DNA of 64,000 bases from positions 6,758,001 through 6,822,000 of the forward strand of contig CP158636.1 of the NCBI GenBank assembly GCA_050273025.1. The letters are read 5' to 3'. The notes beneath the pieces are model-generated. The model was not told the DNA's origin. It was given only the letters and a program-made list of their open reading frames with translations, and did not search any database. Source of the DNA: Cenococcum geophilum. Its lineage: Eukaryota. The position numbers were made by a program, and so were the translations under genes. Below, piece after piece: positions 52,301 to 64,000 of this stretch; the stretch's first letter is position 1; each line of letters starts with the position of its first letter.

Positions 52301-54399
52301 CCCTAAAGTATCTTACTTACTACCGTCATAGTAGATACAAACTCAAAAGACCTAACCTCTCCCTTTTCCCTACTTAATGCTCTACATACCAGGTTAAGAG
52401 GAAAGGTAAAATATAGAAGAGTTAGGAAGATAACATTCTTATTTCTATATGTACTAGTAAAAATTAAAAAAGTTTTTAGACCATTTTAGCTTCGCTTCTA
52501 GGCAGAATAGGTTATACATATTCTAATTAACATAATAACCTCAACAAAAGTAAAAAGGTAGAGTTATATTTAGGCGGAAAGCGGAAATACCAACATTAGA
52601 GTAATTCAGACTTATAAAGAGCTTAAGATTTAAAGGGAAAAGGATTAATATAGGATTAGGTAGGAGGAATAATAGGGAGATTAGGGGAACTATATAAAAA
52701 AAAGATAAAGCGTAATATAACAAATAAATAGTCACTGGAATAGTTACTCTTTAAAATCATATATATATTATTTAGACACAGCTAGGGCTATAGAATCCCT
52801 ATAAATCCTAATTAGTATAACTTAGCCTTCTCATTCCATAAGGTAGGTGGTGGCTTCCGTTATATATATATACAAGCCCTAAATCCTAGGCACTGTATTA
52901 ATGTCGTTACAAACACGGAATAAGTGGCGTTGGCTAGTTATATACCATATTTAGCAGCCTGCGCCTTATATACTACTTTGCCTAGCCATTAGGCTGGCCT
53001 TCCGCTGCGTATAAATAGCCATCTTCCCACCTCTTAACCGCTAGACACTTCTTATTTAGCCTCTTACCCAGCTTAATAGATACTGACCCTTAACGCTTAA
53101 AGCAGAAAACCCTCTAATGACTATAATGCCTATATAACAGCAAGTTACCAGCAAATCAAATTTAAAACAATTAAAGACAGTATACACTCCTAATTTAGGC
53201 CTTAGTTTAATTAATCGTATACTAACCTCCAACACACCTATAGAGGGAGGCCAACCTTCCTTAGTTATACCACTTAAGATATAATAAGAGAAGGAATTAA
53301 ATATAGAGGAAAAGGTAAGAAAGTAAGCATAACTTCTATAATATATATTCTAATCTATAAAGGCTAAGAGAAATGTCCAGGATATTATTTTTATAGAAGA
53401 GCTTAACAAGAATATTATATATATTAAAGACCACTTAAGACGCTAAAAATTTATTAACTACCTAGAACTAGGGAGGAAAGTGTAAAAAAGGCCGCTAAAC
53501 TAACCTTACCATACCTCTACCTCTACCTCCCCTACTTTAGAGTTATATAATGAGTACGGCGGAGTAAATAATTAATCTAGTTTAAATTTTGTTAGAGAAA
53601 TAGGTAGCTAAAATTAAGGACAAAATAGTAAAGCAGGTAACTATACTAAAGGATACTACGTAGAACTAGTGCAATAAACTTAGAAAGGGGACGGAAAAGC
53701 AGATTACTGCACTAAAGGACGCCATAGGGAGAGAGTGCGAGGAGGTTAAGAAGGGAACGGCAAAGAAGCTTAAAATACTAAGGAATGCCCAGGACGTTCA
53801 GCTTAAAGCTCTTAAGGATATAATAAGATAGGCTAAGAACCTACTAGGGCGGACTGGCAATGGTTTTTAAAGGACATAATTAGACTTACTTTTCAGCAAA
53901 TCCTAGTATACTCTCCCAAAATTTAAATATTTATTAAACGTTAAGCTTTATAACTTTACACTAGTAATCTCCATCTCCCTAATAGCGTTTACGATATATT
54001 GCTCTCTTTAATGGATTAGATATTAACATTTAAGCGGTCTTTATTTATATCTCTTTGCTATTAGGCCCTTCTACAGCTTAAGCGTGGTATTACATACATG
54101 CGATATTACGTGCACTCAATTAAATAGATAGTGCATGCCCTCTTACTAAAGAAATCCTATTCACTTTCCCGTTTCTCGGTTCCTAATTCTAGATTTCTAT
54201 TTTTAGTTTCCCAAATCCCAAATCCTAACTTCAAAATATCTTTTTATATTTAACGTTTAGCAAAAATAAGTAATAACAGTCCAACAGAATAAATACCTCT
54301 TACGCCACCTCTTCTTCTATAGACAAATTTTAAATCCTTCTATAGTAAAGGGTAATCTACCTTATATTCACTAGGTTAAGTTACTAGCCTTATATCCTT

Positions 54400-55425
54400 A
54401 AAATATACTTTAATACTACTATATAGCCGGCTACTTAGATAGTAAGCCTTCTACTACCAGATTTCTATTACTTATTTAAATCCTACTAGTATAAAGCTAA
54501 TATATATATCTCTCTTCGTCTAAAAATACTACTGCTTTTATTAATAACCAAATTACCACAGCGCTCTAAAAGTTTAGTGTTATTATAGGCTGCGGAATAT
54601 AAATAAGAAGTAAAGTCTTATATTTTACTAGAAGTAGGAGCTAACATCTAAATAACGGACGATTTTGGTTGGACGCCGCTGTTATTAGCTGCAAGTAACG
54701 GTTATAAGGCGGTGGTAAAACTACTTCTTACACGGGATAACATTAATCCAAACTCTAAGGATAAATTTAGGGCTATACCGCTGTTATTAGCTATAGAATA
54801 TAGAAGTAAGGCAGTAGTAGAGCTACTACTTACGCGGGATAACGTTAATCCAGATCTTAAGAGCGCTCTTAGAAATATACTATTATTATAGGCCGCAATA
54901 AACGGGCATAAGGGGGTAGTAAAGCTACTGCTAGCGCAGGATAGTATTAGCCTAAACCCTAAGGGCTTCCACAATTAAATACCGCTATTAGTAGTTGCGG
55001 AGCGCGGGCATAAGGTAATAATAGAGCTACTGCTAATAAAGGACGGCATCAGCCTAAACTCTACCAATATTAAAGGTCAGACTCCGCTCTCATAGGCTGC
55101 AGAAAATAGATAAGAGGGAATAATAAAGCTGCTGCTTACGCAAAAAGGCGTTAACTCTAACTCTAAGGATAGTAACGGTCGGACACCGCTCTTATAGGCT
55201 GCTTAATAGGCACGTAAGACTATAGTAGAGCTATTACTTAAGGACGGCGTCGACGCGAAATCTAAAGATAAGTATAGTGAAACGCCGTTGTGGTGGGCAG
55301 TGAAGGGCTAGCATAAGATAAGAGAAATGTATTTATTAAATACGCGGCTAGTAGGGTTTATAGATAAGATATATAAGCTAGTAGTTCAGCTACTGCTTAG
55401 AAAGGATAATAATATAGGCTTTAAC
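54400..55425 (+). pseudogene. Ankyrin-repeat protein (about 7-8 repeats)
   Basis: DDFGWTPLLLAASNGYKAVVKLLLTRDNINPNSKD...GQTPLS*AAENR*EGIIKLLL...NSKDSNGRTPLL*AA...ETPLWWAVKG. Confidence 0.93.
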
Positions 55426-55499
55426 ACTATATATACTTAACTTTCCTATAAATTAGAAGACTAGTCACTAAGAAAGATTAAAGGCTGTAGTTAACTTTC

Positions 55500-56780
55500 T
55501 TATACTAAGTAAACTATTGTCGCGGACTCTAACGTCGTCCTCTCCCTATCTATCTTCGTGCCAGCTACCTCCCAATTTCGCATCGCTATTAAGTTATAGG
55601 GGCGTAGCCTCATCTAAAAGATATCTAGCGATTTTTTGGCAGTCCCTATAGATCGCGTAGTTAATTAGGCCGTGAAATTTTGGCCCTAATCCACGTAATA
55701 GGGGTTCCTTATTCATCTATATAACGGAATTACGTCTATTTCCGGTTTTCGCCGCCTTATAAAGGCGCATGGCTAGCTAAAATGCACCTAGTTTTTTTAG
55801 TTAAGTGCCTACAATTAGAACAAGATCTAGAACTTGACGTTTAGCATCCTAAGACACAGCTACAATCGCGTCCTTATCTTAATTATCAATTTCTCCGTTA
55901 AGAAGTACATTAGGCCGAAGCACGCCAATATCTCTAGACCGTTTCCCTTCGCCTTGTCGGTCTATATCTCTCCTAATATAATTAGAATAAGCCAATAGTT
56001 CCGATCCCTAAAAGTACTTTAGGTCAAAGGCTAAGCGCCATTTACATTTATAGTAGATTATCCTATCTAGTCAATCGTGGAGTTCTATTGTCTTTATCTA
56101 TAGGCCCTTCTCGGTTAGAGGAGAGTCCGGAGATAACGACTGGAATTTATTATAAAGTCCGTCAACATTCTGCGTAAAGTATTAAAGGATACGCTTGTCG
56201 TTTTCGTTCGCAAGTTAGTGGAAGTTAGTAGGCATAGCACGAAAAGCTAGCTCATTTATAATACAAAAGCCCCTATACATATTTTAAGTTAAATAATTAT
56301 TATTATAATTATTAATGTTAAATAGGCTACGTCTAAACTGGCGCCTAGAAAATATAAGGTTTTAAAGGGTACAAACGACATTCTCGTACTTAAGTTAATG
56401 GGAGTTAGTAAGAACGGCGCGAGAAGCTTTCTTATTTATGATGCAAACATCACCGTATATATTTTTAGTGGAATCACTATTATCACAATTACTAATCTCA
56501 AACGGGCTACGTCTAGATTGGTGCCTATAAAGTGTATAAAAGTTAGGAACTATAAGCATTAAGAGTTAGAAAAGTAGATCTCTACGGTTTCTAATATATA
56601 AGACTTACTTTTCGCAGCTACTAAAATACCAGTACCGCTTAAAATAATAATCTTCTTCCTTGCTATAAACACCTTTTTAAAATCCTTAAGTGAGATCTCT
56701 TTAAGGGATTTCGGTTTAGAATAAGGCTTGCTATCTTTAGTAAAATACGGTAGCCTTTTAGGGTGAATTTATTTAGGCAT
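55500..56780 (-). pseudogene. Sir2-family NAD+-dependent deacetylase, Hst3/Hst4-like
   Basis: Minus strand from an ATG at 56780: RKKIIILSGTGILVAA (GAGISxAAG), an intron, FTQNVD (56161-56178), TIELHD*L (LHG), then RQGEGKRSRDIGVLRPNVLLNGE...DLVLIVGT*LK. The GKR...G.LRPxVxLxGE segment is typical of Hst3/4. Confidence 0.85.
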
Positions 56781-59700
56781 TTTAGTTTAATAAATCAACT
56801 ATATAAAGAAAGAAGTGAGGGCGGAAGATATATAGAGTAGGTAGTAGGGGTGCTAGTAGTTATACTTCATTTTGCACTAACAAAGATACTAAAGAGGGGT
56901 AAGTTGGTGTAAGGTAGACACGAAGTGCATTTTAGGAATAGAGCTTCGCCATACTCCTGTTGCACACCCTATAGTCCAATTAATACCATTATAATATGTA
57001 ACGGGCCATCTAAGTAAAACTATTTAGGGGTTCTGCATAAACCGGCGAGGCAGAGTATAAATAGCCTTGCTATAATCGCCTTAGTTGCCCAGATAGCCAT
57101 AAGTAGTAAGCGCTAATTGAGGGTCACCTACTAAGCAGAGCCTTAGGTGGGCGTAGAAGTTTCGTTTAAATAAGCAGGTTGGTGTTTTATACTAGGGCCT
57201 TAGGTATACAAATAATTTTAATAATAGAAATCAAGAATATTAAAAGTAAGAAGGCTAAACAGGCTTGCGGCGGCTCAAGCTATCTGCTGCGGTACAGCAT
57301 CCCCTTACCCACTCTAGTTGTTTCACTTCGTTTTAAAATTAAGGGCCTGTTAACTATAAATCTAGCATATAAGCTAAATATTTGAGACTCGGCGTTACCA
57401 AGGGTCCTTAGACTAAGGTAGTGTAGCACTTTGGTAACCTATTAGCTCTATAGGAGTATCTGCCTTTTTAAGATTAGAATTTATATAGTTACAGCAAACG
57501 GAGATAAGGCAGAGCTACGGCACTGCCTTTTAGGGTATCGTCTTGGGGCTTACGTAAAGGTCAGCTTTCTAAACATAAATAGGCATCCCCTAGGCCCTTT
57601 AGTCGAAGAAACTATCCTATACTAAGACGTTAAAAAGACAGCATACCTATTCTCAATGGCTCTTATTTACGGCTTTATTAACATTACTTACTTAAGGGAT
57701 CCTGTTTTCGGCTTAACCCTAGCAGAAATCTCTAAGAATTCTATAGTTAACAGCTAGGTAAGAAGTACGGCATTTCTAAATAACCTAGAAGGACTAGTCC
57801 TAAGCCAGATAATAATGGCATTAAAGTAAAGCATAATCGCAGGCACCTAGTTTACAGCGGTTAACAGCATAACTGGAACCGAAGGGGACTTAATTAATAA
57901 ATCTAGCTAAGTGCTTAACTTTAAAGAATAATATAGTGGAATTAATAAGAATACGCCTTTAATTAATAACGAAGCCATAGATGACGCCGAATTCCTTACT
58001 AAAGTTGAGGGTGCATTTCTAGATAAAGGTACGTTCCAGTATCTCCTTTATAGAAAATCGGAATCTTAACCTACTAACTACTCTTTTTTTTAGAGAGAAG
58101 CAGCATTTAAGAAGAATCCGAACTTTTAGGAGTAAGGTACAAAGATATATCGTCTGCTATAGCGTTAGATTAACCTACAGACGATAACTATAAAATTACT
58201 ACTTATAAACGCAAATCTGCTTTACCTTATAAGTATAAACCTACTTCGCCTTACAAGTAGAGGTCGGCAATACAGCGCAAGCAAAAAGCAGTCCTGCCTC
58301 GTAAAAATACTCCTATTACGCCTCAAAGATCTACTAGAAAAAGTAAGCGCATAGCAATAGACCTCTTTAGGCGAATGCAGTACGGATATAAGCCTAATTT
58401 AGGTACCTTAACGGATAAGATAGATTTAAGATAGATTAAAATGTAGATAGAGTGGCTAGCATTAACAAAGGTGGTAAAAGGTAAAGAGAATTATACTTTA
58501 TAAATAAAGATACGAAAGTTCGAAGAGATTCTAGAATTAGAGTTAGAGTAAGCACGCTTAGCTAAGATAGAACCTCTAAAGGCATAGGAATATATATATC
58601 AAATCTAATAGGCATAAAGGCGTATACTCTTAGGTTATAAGGGAAGGAATAGGATTAAGAGTTATAGGGATATCCTTAATAATTTATATAGCCATCTAGA
58701 TACATTCTACTTCTAGAGCCTATAACGGTAATAATAAGTAAGGTTATTCTATATAAAGAACTAAAATAGACTTATTATACTTTTAAGGCTATTAGAGTTA
58801 GGTTAGATAACGTTTATTTACAGTTAATATATTATCACGTGTAAGTAAACCTATATTAATTAATGTTGGCCTAAGTACATTACGATTAATCCAACAAATG
58901 CATTTACTAAAACTAATCGTATAGATTCGCCCCCTAATTACAACTTATCCTAATAAGATATTATTTACATTACAAGACTAAACGCGCCGGGAGTACCTTG
59001 CGGAAACGGATAAAGGAAGCTAGTGCTATTCCAATAAGTAATACTTGCTGTAATACTTACCTAATCCACCTAAAACGCATTATAATCGCCGCTGCCACCT
59101 ATAATGTCCACAAGAGAACACAATATGGCGTGTTAACCAACGCACTACCTTAGCTAGATAAGTATAGCCCTTACAAAAGGGATAAGGGGTAATACTATTG
59201 AAGAGCAGCCGTGCCATTTGGCGCGCTTTAGGGAATCTTAAAGCTGGCGGTTTAGTCCCCAAAACAGTTATAAGGTCTTATAATTATAGAGAGAGGGAGA
59301 AAAGTAGGATCCGTAAAGTTTAAGGTTACCTCACATAACGCGTTTCGCGAATTAAATAATCTATATAGCCCTATTAGTATAGCTCTAGGAGTTTTCAGTA
59401 TTAAAACGTACTAGAAATCCAGTTTATTTCCCGCATTTACTTACGCAATAGGATTTATTAGGCATAGGAGAGAATTTTTAAAGGGAAAGAGAATGCCTAA
59501 AGATAGGGTAGGAAGGAAAAGGAGTGTAATTCCAATTATATTTGCACTATGCTATGCTCTTAGTTTAGAGGGGTTCTCTAGCTTAAATATGCGGGTACAC
59601 TCCTTATATTTCTAAATCGGGATTTAGTTTTATAGATCCTGGAACACGAAACTTGCATATATATAATGGCTTAGTTTCTAAAACTGTAAAACCGGAACCG

Positions 59701-61094
59701 GATTTTCAAATCCTAGTTTTAAATTGCCATTTGGGGTTTAACAAAATAACCTTTTTAGCGATATAGCGTAGTGTATATATGGTCGACTGAGTATATATAA
59801 TACTATTAGCCTTAAAGTTATTACCATTATGTCTTATCCTTAACCACTTCATTAAAATTACTTAGAGAAAGATTATGTTACGGTTACGGTGCCAAATAGA
59901 CGCATTATTAGGAAGATTATAAAATCTACTACTTAAGACGAAAATCTTTAAGTTATGGCCGCCGGGAAAGCACTATAGAAAAAAGCAGAAGAACTAGTTT
60001 CTCTTTTCTCTTAGTATAAGGTAGACTCCTTACTAGTAGAGGGAAGGAATAAGATCTAAGTAAGCCTCTTATTAACCACTAAATGGCACTAAAAGAACTG
60101 GTCCTTTTAGCAGCGCTAATTAGAATAATATATAGCCCCAAATCCCAGTCAACACCTTTACCCAGCTCCCCTACCACCGCATCCTCCGCTGCCTCTAATA
60201 ACCATTATATAAGAACTAAAACCTTTGCCAGTTTCTCTAAGCCTACTATATAGGCCACGAAAAACAATAAATCCGCCCCAATCTATTAAGGATAATTATA
60301 GGAGGTAGGTGCTATCCCTATACAACAAAGTATAGCCTCTTAACTCTTCTTTACTAAAACCGCAACTAAGGTAAATCTTGTTTAGATCCGATGATGGAAA
60401 CATTTCTAAGAAAGGAGAATCTTAGCCTATCTCTGGTTTAATATTTCTATTAAACTAAACTTAAAACTTTATAAGGAGAGCTTAGGGGAAATAGGTGGAA
60501 TGGGCGGAATAGGTGGAATGGGTATAATGGAATAATTATATAAAATTCAAGCCTTTAACCAGATTTTAATATCTAAATGCAAGGTATACTAACCGTTCAT
60601 ATAGTACTTAAAAGCGGTTCTCTTAAAATATCTCTATAAGGCTCTTAAAGTAACATAATATTAGGCTCCCCATTTATACAAAAGATAGGAAATAGCTAGG
60701 TACTATTTAATAAGCGGACTTAAAGGAATAGGGTCGCAATGGGCCCGGAAGGTATTATAAGACATCTCCCAGTTTCTATTATAGCAAGGTCTTTTAACTT
60801 CAGGCGTAATCAAAAAGGGGTATATCTAAAGGTTAAGATCTCAAAAATAAGAACCAGGATATAAACCGGGATACGAACCGGGATTTAGGAAACGAGAAAA
60901 AGGAACCGGGATTCTAGAAACAGAAAAGTAGTTTTCTATAAGCGAGCGCATTAATCTTTCTAAATCTCACAGCATTTACTTTCAAGACTTCAAAAAATAG
61001 ATAGTTTATTTAGTACTCTGTATATCCAGATTATCCATAGGCTATCTCTATATTTATTATTCTCTACCTAAAGTTACCAAGTAACTATAAAAGT

Positions 61095-61850
61095 CCATAA
61101 ATCACAAGACCAACGCCACAAGAACACCTCCTATATAGTGGCTCAATCTAAGTAACAGATCTCTAGCGCCATTAGAAATTTCAGGCGAGATTAAAGATAA
61201 GCTTTAAGAACTACTAGTTAACGTAACCTTACCTGCACTTAAAAGAACCGCGGGGTTAATAACTATAGGAGATAATAGAACCTCGGAGCTCTTAGAAGGG
61301 AAAGGACAGGTATTAGTAGTAGGGAGCATAACTAGGGCTGCTTTAATGGTAGAGTTTTAAGCATTTTCTATAAACTAGTCTGCCTCGTCTCCAGGGTTTA
61401 CACTAAAAACCATACCGGTATAGCAATGAGACTTGCGGAACGTTTATACGCAGTAAAACCATTAAGGTTTCTTAATATCTACCTTAAAATCTACAATAAA
61501 CTTGCCGCTTATGTTTATAGGATTAAATTAATTAAATCCTATATTAAAGGAGCCGTTCTTCTAGCAAGGGTTTTTAAGTTAACTTTATATTAACGTATAA
61601 TTAAGACTAAGGAAATTAAATTAAAGTACTGTTCTAATTGATACACTAACAGAGTTAGGATTAAAGGTAAGCTATCTAGCAGCTCTAACCAAAATCTATA
61701 CTACTTAATGTGGTGTAGTTAGTGTATAGGTTAAGAACAGGCTATCTAACTGGTAAGCATATTGGGGTAATATTAAATCATTCCATACCGCAGTGCAATA
61801 GAAGTAAATAGTGCCCGCGGAAGCAGTAGCGGCTAGAGAGGACGTAATAG
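61095..61850 (-). pseudogene. Extracellular Ser/Thr-rich cupredoxin-domain protein, probably GPI-anchored
   Basis: Minus strand: LTFNPNSV...FNFLSLNYTLI*S*LKNPC...FNIGF...P*WFYCV*T...SHCYTGMVFSVNP, then a Ser-rich tail and a hydrophobic C-terminus. Confidence 0.75.
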
Positions 61851-62654
61851 CCTAAAGAAAGAACATAGTTTTAGGTAAGGACGTAAGACAATAGAAGGTG
61901 CGACTATTTAAGCTTATATAAAAGGTGAGAAGGGCAACAAAAAAAGGCATTCTAGATTTAGATTTTGTAGTAAATTCAATAAATACGAAAACGGATTTCA
62001 TAGGCAAGAAAACGAATTTTATAAACGGGAAAACGGATTTTATAAACAAGAAATCAAAAACTAGAATTTATACCTATGTAACCCCTAAGGGAGGTAAACA
62101 TTTATTAGCTTAAGAATAAAGGTGCCTATTTACCAAAGTACGTCATTCCGCGATAATTATTTAAGAACCTCTACCCGGCAACCTAGCTTATAATTTATTC
62201 TTTAAGCAACCCATTAAGTAGGCACTTAACTCACTAAGTTAACTTTTATTTCCTTAATTATACTTTAAAGTCTATTCCGATTTCCGTTTCCTTAGTTCTA
62301 CTTTAAATTTTACTCTAACCTCCATTTCCAGTTCCGCATTTTACCTATAAGAACGGCACTTTTTATATCACCCCACGATAGTATCTTATAATTGGTTAAG
62401 ATAGCTACTCTTACTAACAAATTAGTGGCTAAATATAAGAAATATCTAAAATCTGTTAACGACCTAAGTATCCTTAAGCTAGATATAAAAGCAGGCTCTA
62501 TAGCACAAAAAGCAATAGAAACCAATAAGGCCGGGCTACAGGGTGCTAATCTAGAGTATTACCCCCAGGGCACTCAGTATAACGAATATTTCGCTGCGGC
62601 TATAAGTCAGCTAGGTAATTAGATAAAATCAGAGGAGGCTAAACGGGAGGGATC

Positions 62655-62800
62655 CGGGGGGGAGTCGGAGGAGGAGTCGGAGGAGGAGGGAGAGGGGGGG
62701 GAGGAGGGGGAGGAGGGGGAGGAGGAGGGGGAGGGGGAGGGGGAGGGGGAGGGGGAGGGGGAGGGGGAGGAGGAGGAAGAGGAAGAGGAAGAGGAAGAGA
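62655..62800. repeat. Polypurine (GAG/GGG/GAA) tract including (GGGGAG)n
   Basis: Almost pure A/G for about 145 bp. Confidence 0.95.
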
Positions 62801-62856
62801 AAGAACAGGCCAAGCCCAAAAAGAAAGAAAAGGGCAAGGCTAAGGAGAAAAAATAG

Positions 62857-63072
62857 GCTAAGCCTAAGGGGAAAGAACAGGCTAAGCCTAAGGGGAAAGA
62901 ACAGGCTAAGCCTAAGGGGAAAGAACAGGCCAAGCCTAAGGGGAAAGAACAGGCTAAGCCTAAGGGGAAAGAACAGGCCAAGCCTAAGGGGAAAGAACAG
63001 GCTAAGCCTAAGGGGAAAGAACAGGCCAAGCCTAAGGGGAAAGAACAGGCTAAGCCTAAGGGGAAAGAATAG
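62857..63072. repeat. 24-bp tandem repeat, 9 near-perfect copies
   Basis: gc(t/c)aagcctaaggggaaagaacag starts at 62857, 62881, ... 63049. Confidence 0.97.
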
Positions 63073-64000
63073 GGTTAAGCTAAGGGAAAAGAAGAGGGCA
63101 AGACTAAGGTTAAAGAGGAGCCTAGTAAGGGTGCTAAAGGGATAAATAGTATTCCCTATAAAAGCATAAAGAATGGTAGAAAGAACGAGCCTATTGACCT
63201 TACGGGTGAAGATGACTTAAAGAAGGACCCTAAGTATAGTTAATTATTGTATTATAGGCCTGGTCCAAAGAAGGTAAAGGGTATACCTATGACGACTATT
63301 AGGTAAATCGGTGGAAGGGGCATTAAGTACATTAATAAATACGGACTAAAAAGTCATCTAAAGTATTAAATTAAGTTATTTGCGGCGGATTCTTAGTATA
63401 AAGAGAATCTGCCAGAGAACTAAAAAGTTAGTAACCCTTTTAATTAATATAAAGACTAATAACTAAATAATAGCAAATATAAATACACGAGGCGTTATAT
63501 TAACGATATTTTCGGAGTTGCTTAGTTTATAGAGGACGCAGTTAATATAGATACCAAGTTAAATCTACTTAATCTAAACATAAAAGGAGATAAAAGGTAC
63601 AGTCCTTACTACATCTTAATTAATTAGGATATTAACGGCAAGTCGGAAAAAAAGTAAGAGACTAAAGCAACTCTATGGTTAAGATAGGAAGCGCATATCA
63701 CCGACTAGGCGCTTTATAATTCTGCTACTATCGCAGAAGCCAGATTCTCTAAGTTTATACTAGGTAAAGAGCTAGAAAAAAGCAGATCTCCTTCTATTAG
63801 ACTTACTGCAAAAATAGCCCGTATATTCTATAATTAGTTACTTAGGGGATTACCCGCTCCAACAGCCCGTTTATTACCTGCTCGCGTAGGCCAGTTATTA
63901 TCCGCTTATATAGGCCGGCAATTACCCGCCGCAGACTAGGCCGTCAACGAAGATTCTACATTTAAGAAATTTAAAGAAGATTACTTTATAATAATAGGAG

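Larger units (their letters stand above)
62392..64000 (+). pseudogene. Unidentified protein with a Glu/Gly acidic tract, AKPKGKEQ repeats and a globular C-terminal domain, running off the window
   Basis: One frame continues through RIP stops: E/G tract 62640-62800, AKPKGKEQ x9, then KYINKYG...IFGVA*...PTYILIN*D...K*ETKATL...TD*ALYNSA. Confidence 0.55.

Noticed and set aside
54702..54974. 90-aa minus-strand ORF
   Set aside because: Antisense to clear ankyrin repeats on the + strand.
62619..63029. 136-aa minus-strand ORF (LACSFPLG repeats, poly-Ser/Pro)
   Set aside because: Antisense shadow of the + strand E/G tract and AKPKGKEQ array; it is open only because the repeat lacks stops.
1..64000. 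Alternative genetic code (TAA/TAG read-through) or an organellar/viral AT-rich genome
   Set aside because: Stops replace both Trp and Gln, and conserved catalytic residues also show G>A/C>T missense changes (DE>NK, H>Y, G>S/R). Spliceosomal introns are present. RIP explains all of this.
1..64000. Starship captain (DUF3435 tyrosine recombinase) and element boundaries
   Set aside because: I looked by eye but recognised no convincing motifs or termini; they may lie outside the window or be too degraded.

Overview
This is fungal (filamentous ascomycete-type) DNA. The whole 64 kb is AT-rich, TpA-enriched and CpA/TpG-depleted, and nearly every reading frame is broken by TAA/TAG codons exactly where Trp or Gln is expected. 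That is the footprint of repeat-induced point mutation (RIP), so no gene here looks intact and the supplied ORF track is mostly fragments or shadow frames. Reading through the stops by eye recovers many pseudogenes. At 1-5623 is the right part of an AcademH-like DNA transposon (RecQ-type helicase convergent with a DUF6589-type putative transposase, ending in a long palindrome). The rest is a gene-dense block with a full-length DUF3723 gene (a hallmark auxiliary gene of Starship giant transposons), plus chromodomain, FHA-kinase, GNAT acetyltransferase, TPR-like, HMT1-like ABC transporter, C2H2, Myb/SANT, ankyrin, Hst3/4-like sirtuin and cupredoxin-type genes, several unidentified ORFs, and nested piggyBac and Copia fragments. 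My best interpretation is the interior of a RIP-fossilised Starship-like giant element whose cargo is unusually rich in chromatin and transcription regulators. I found no captain (DUF3435) gene or element boundary in the window. Family calls rest on manual motif recognition without database searches, and gene ends are approximate.
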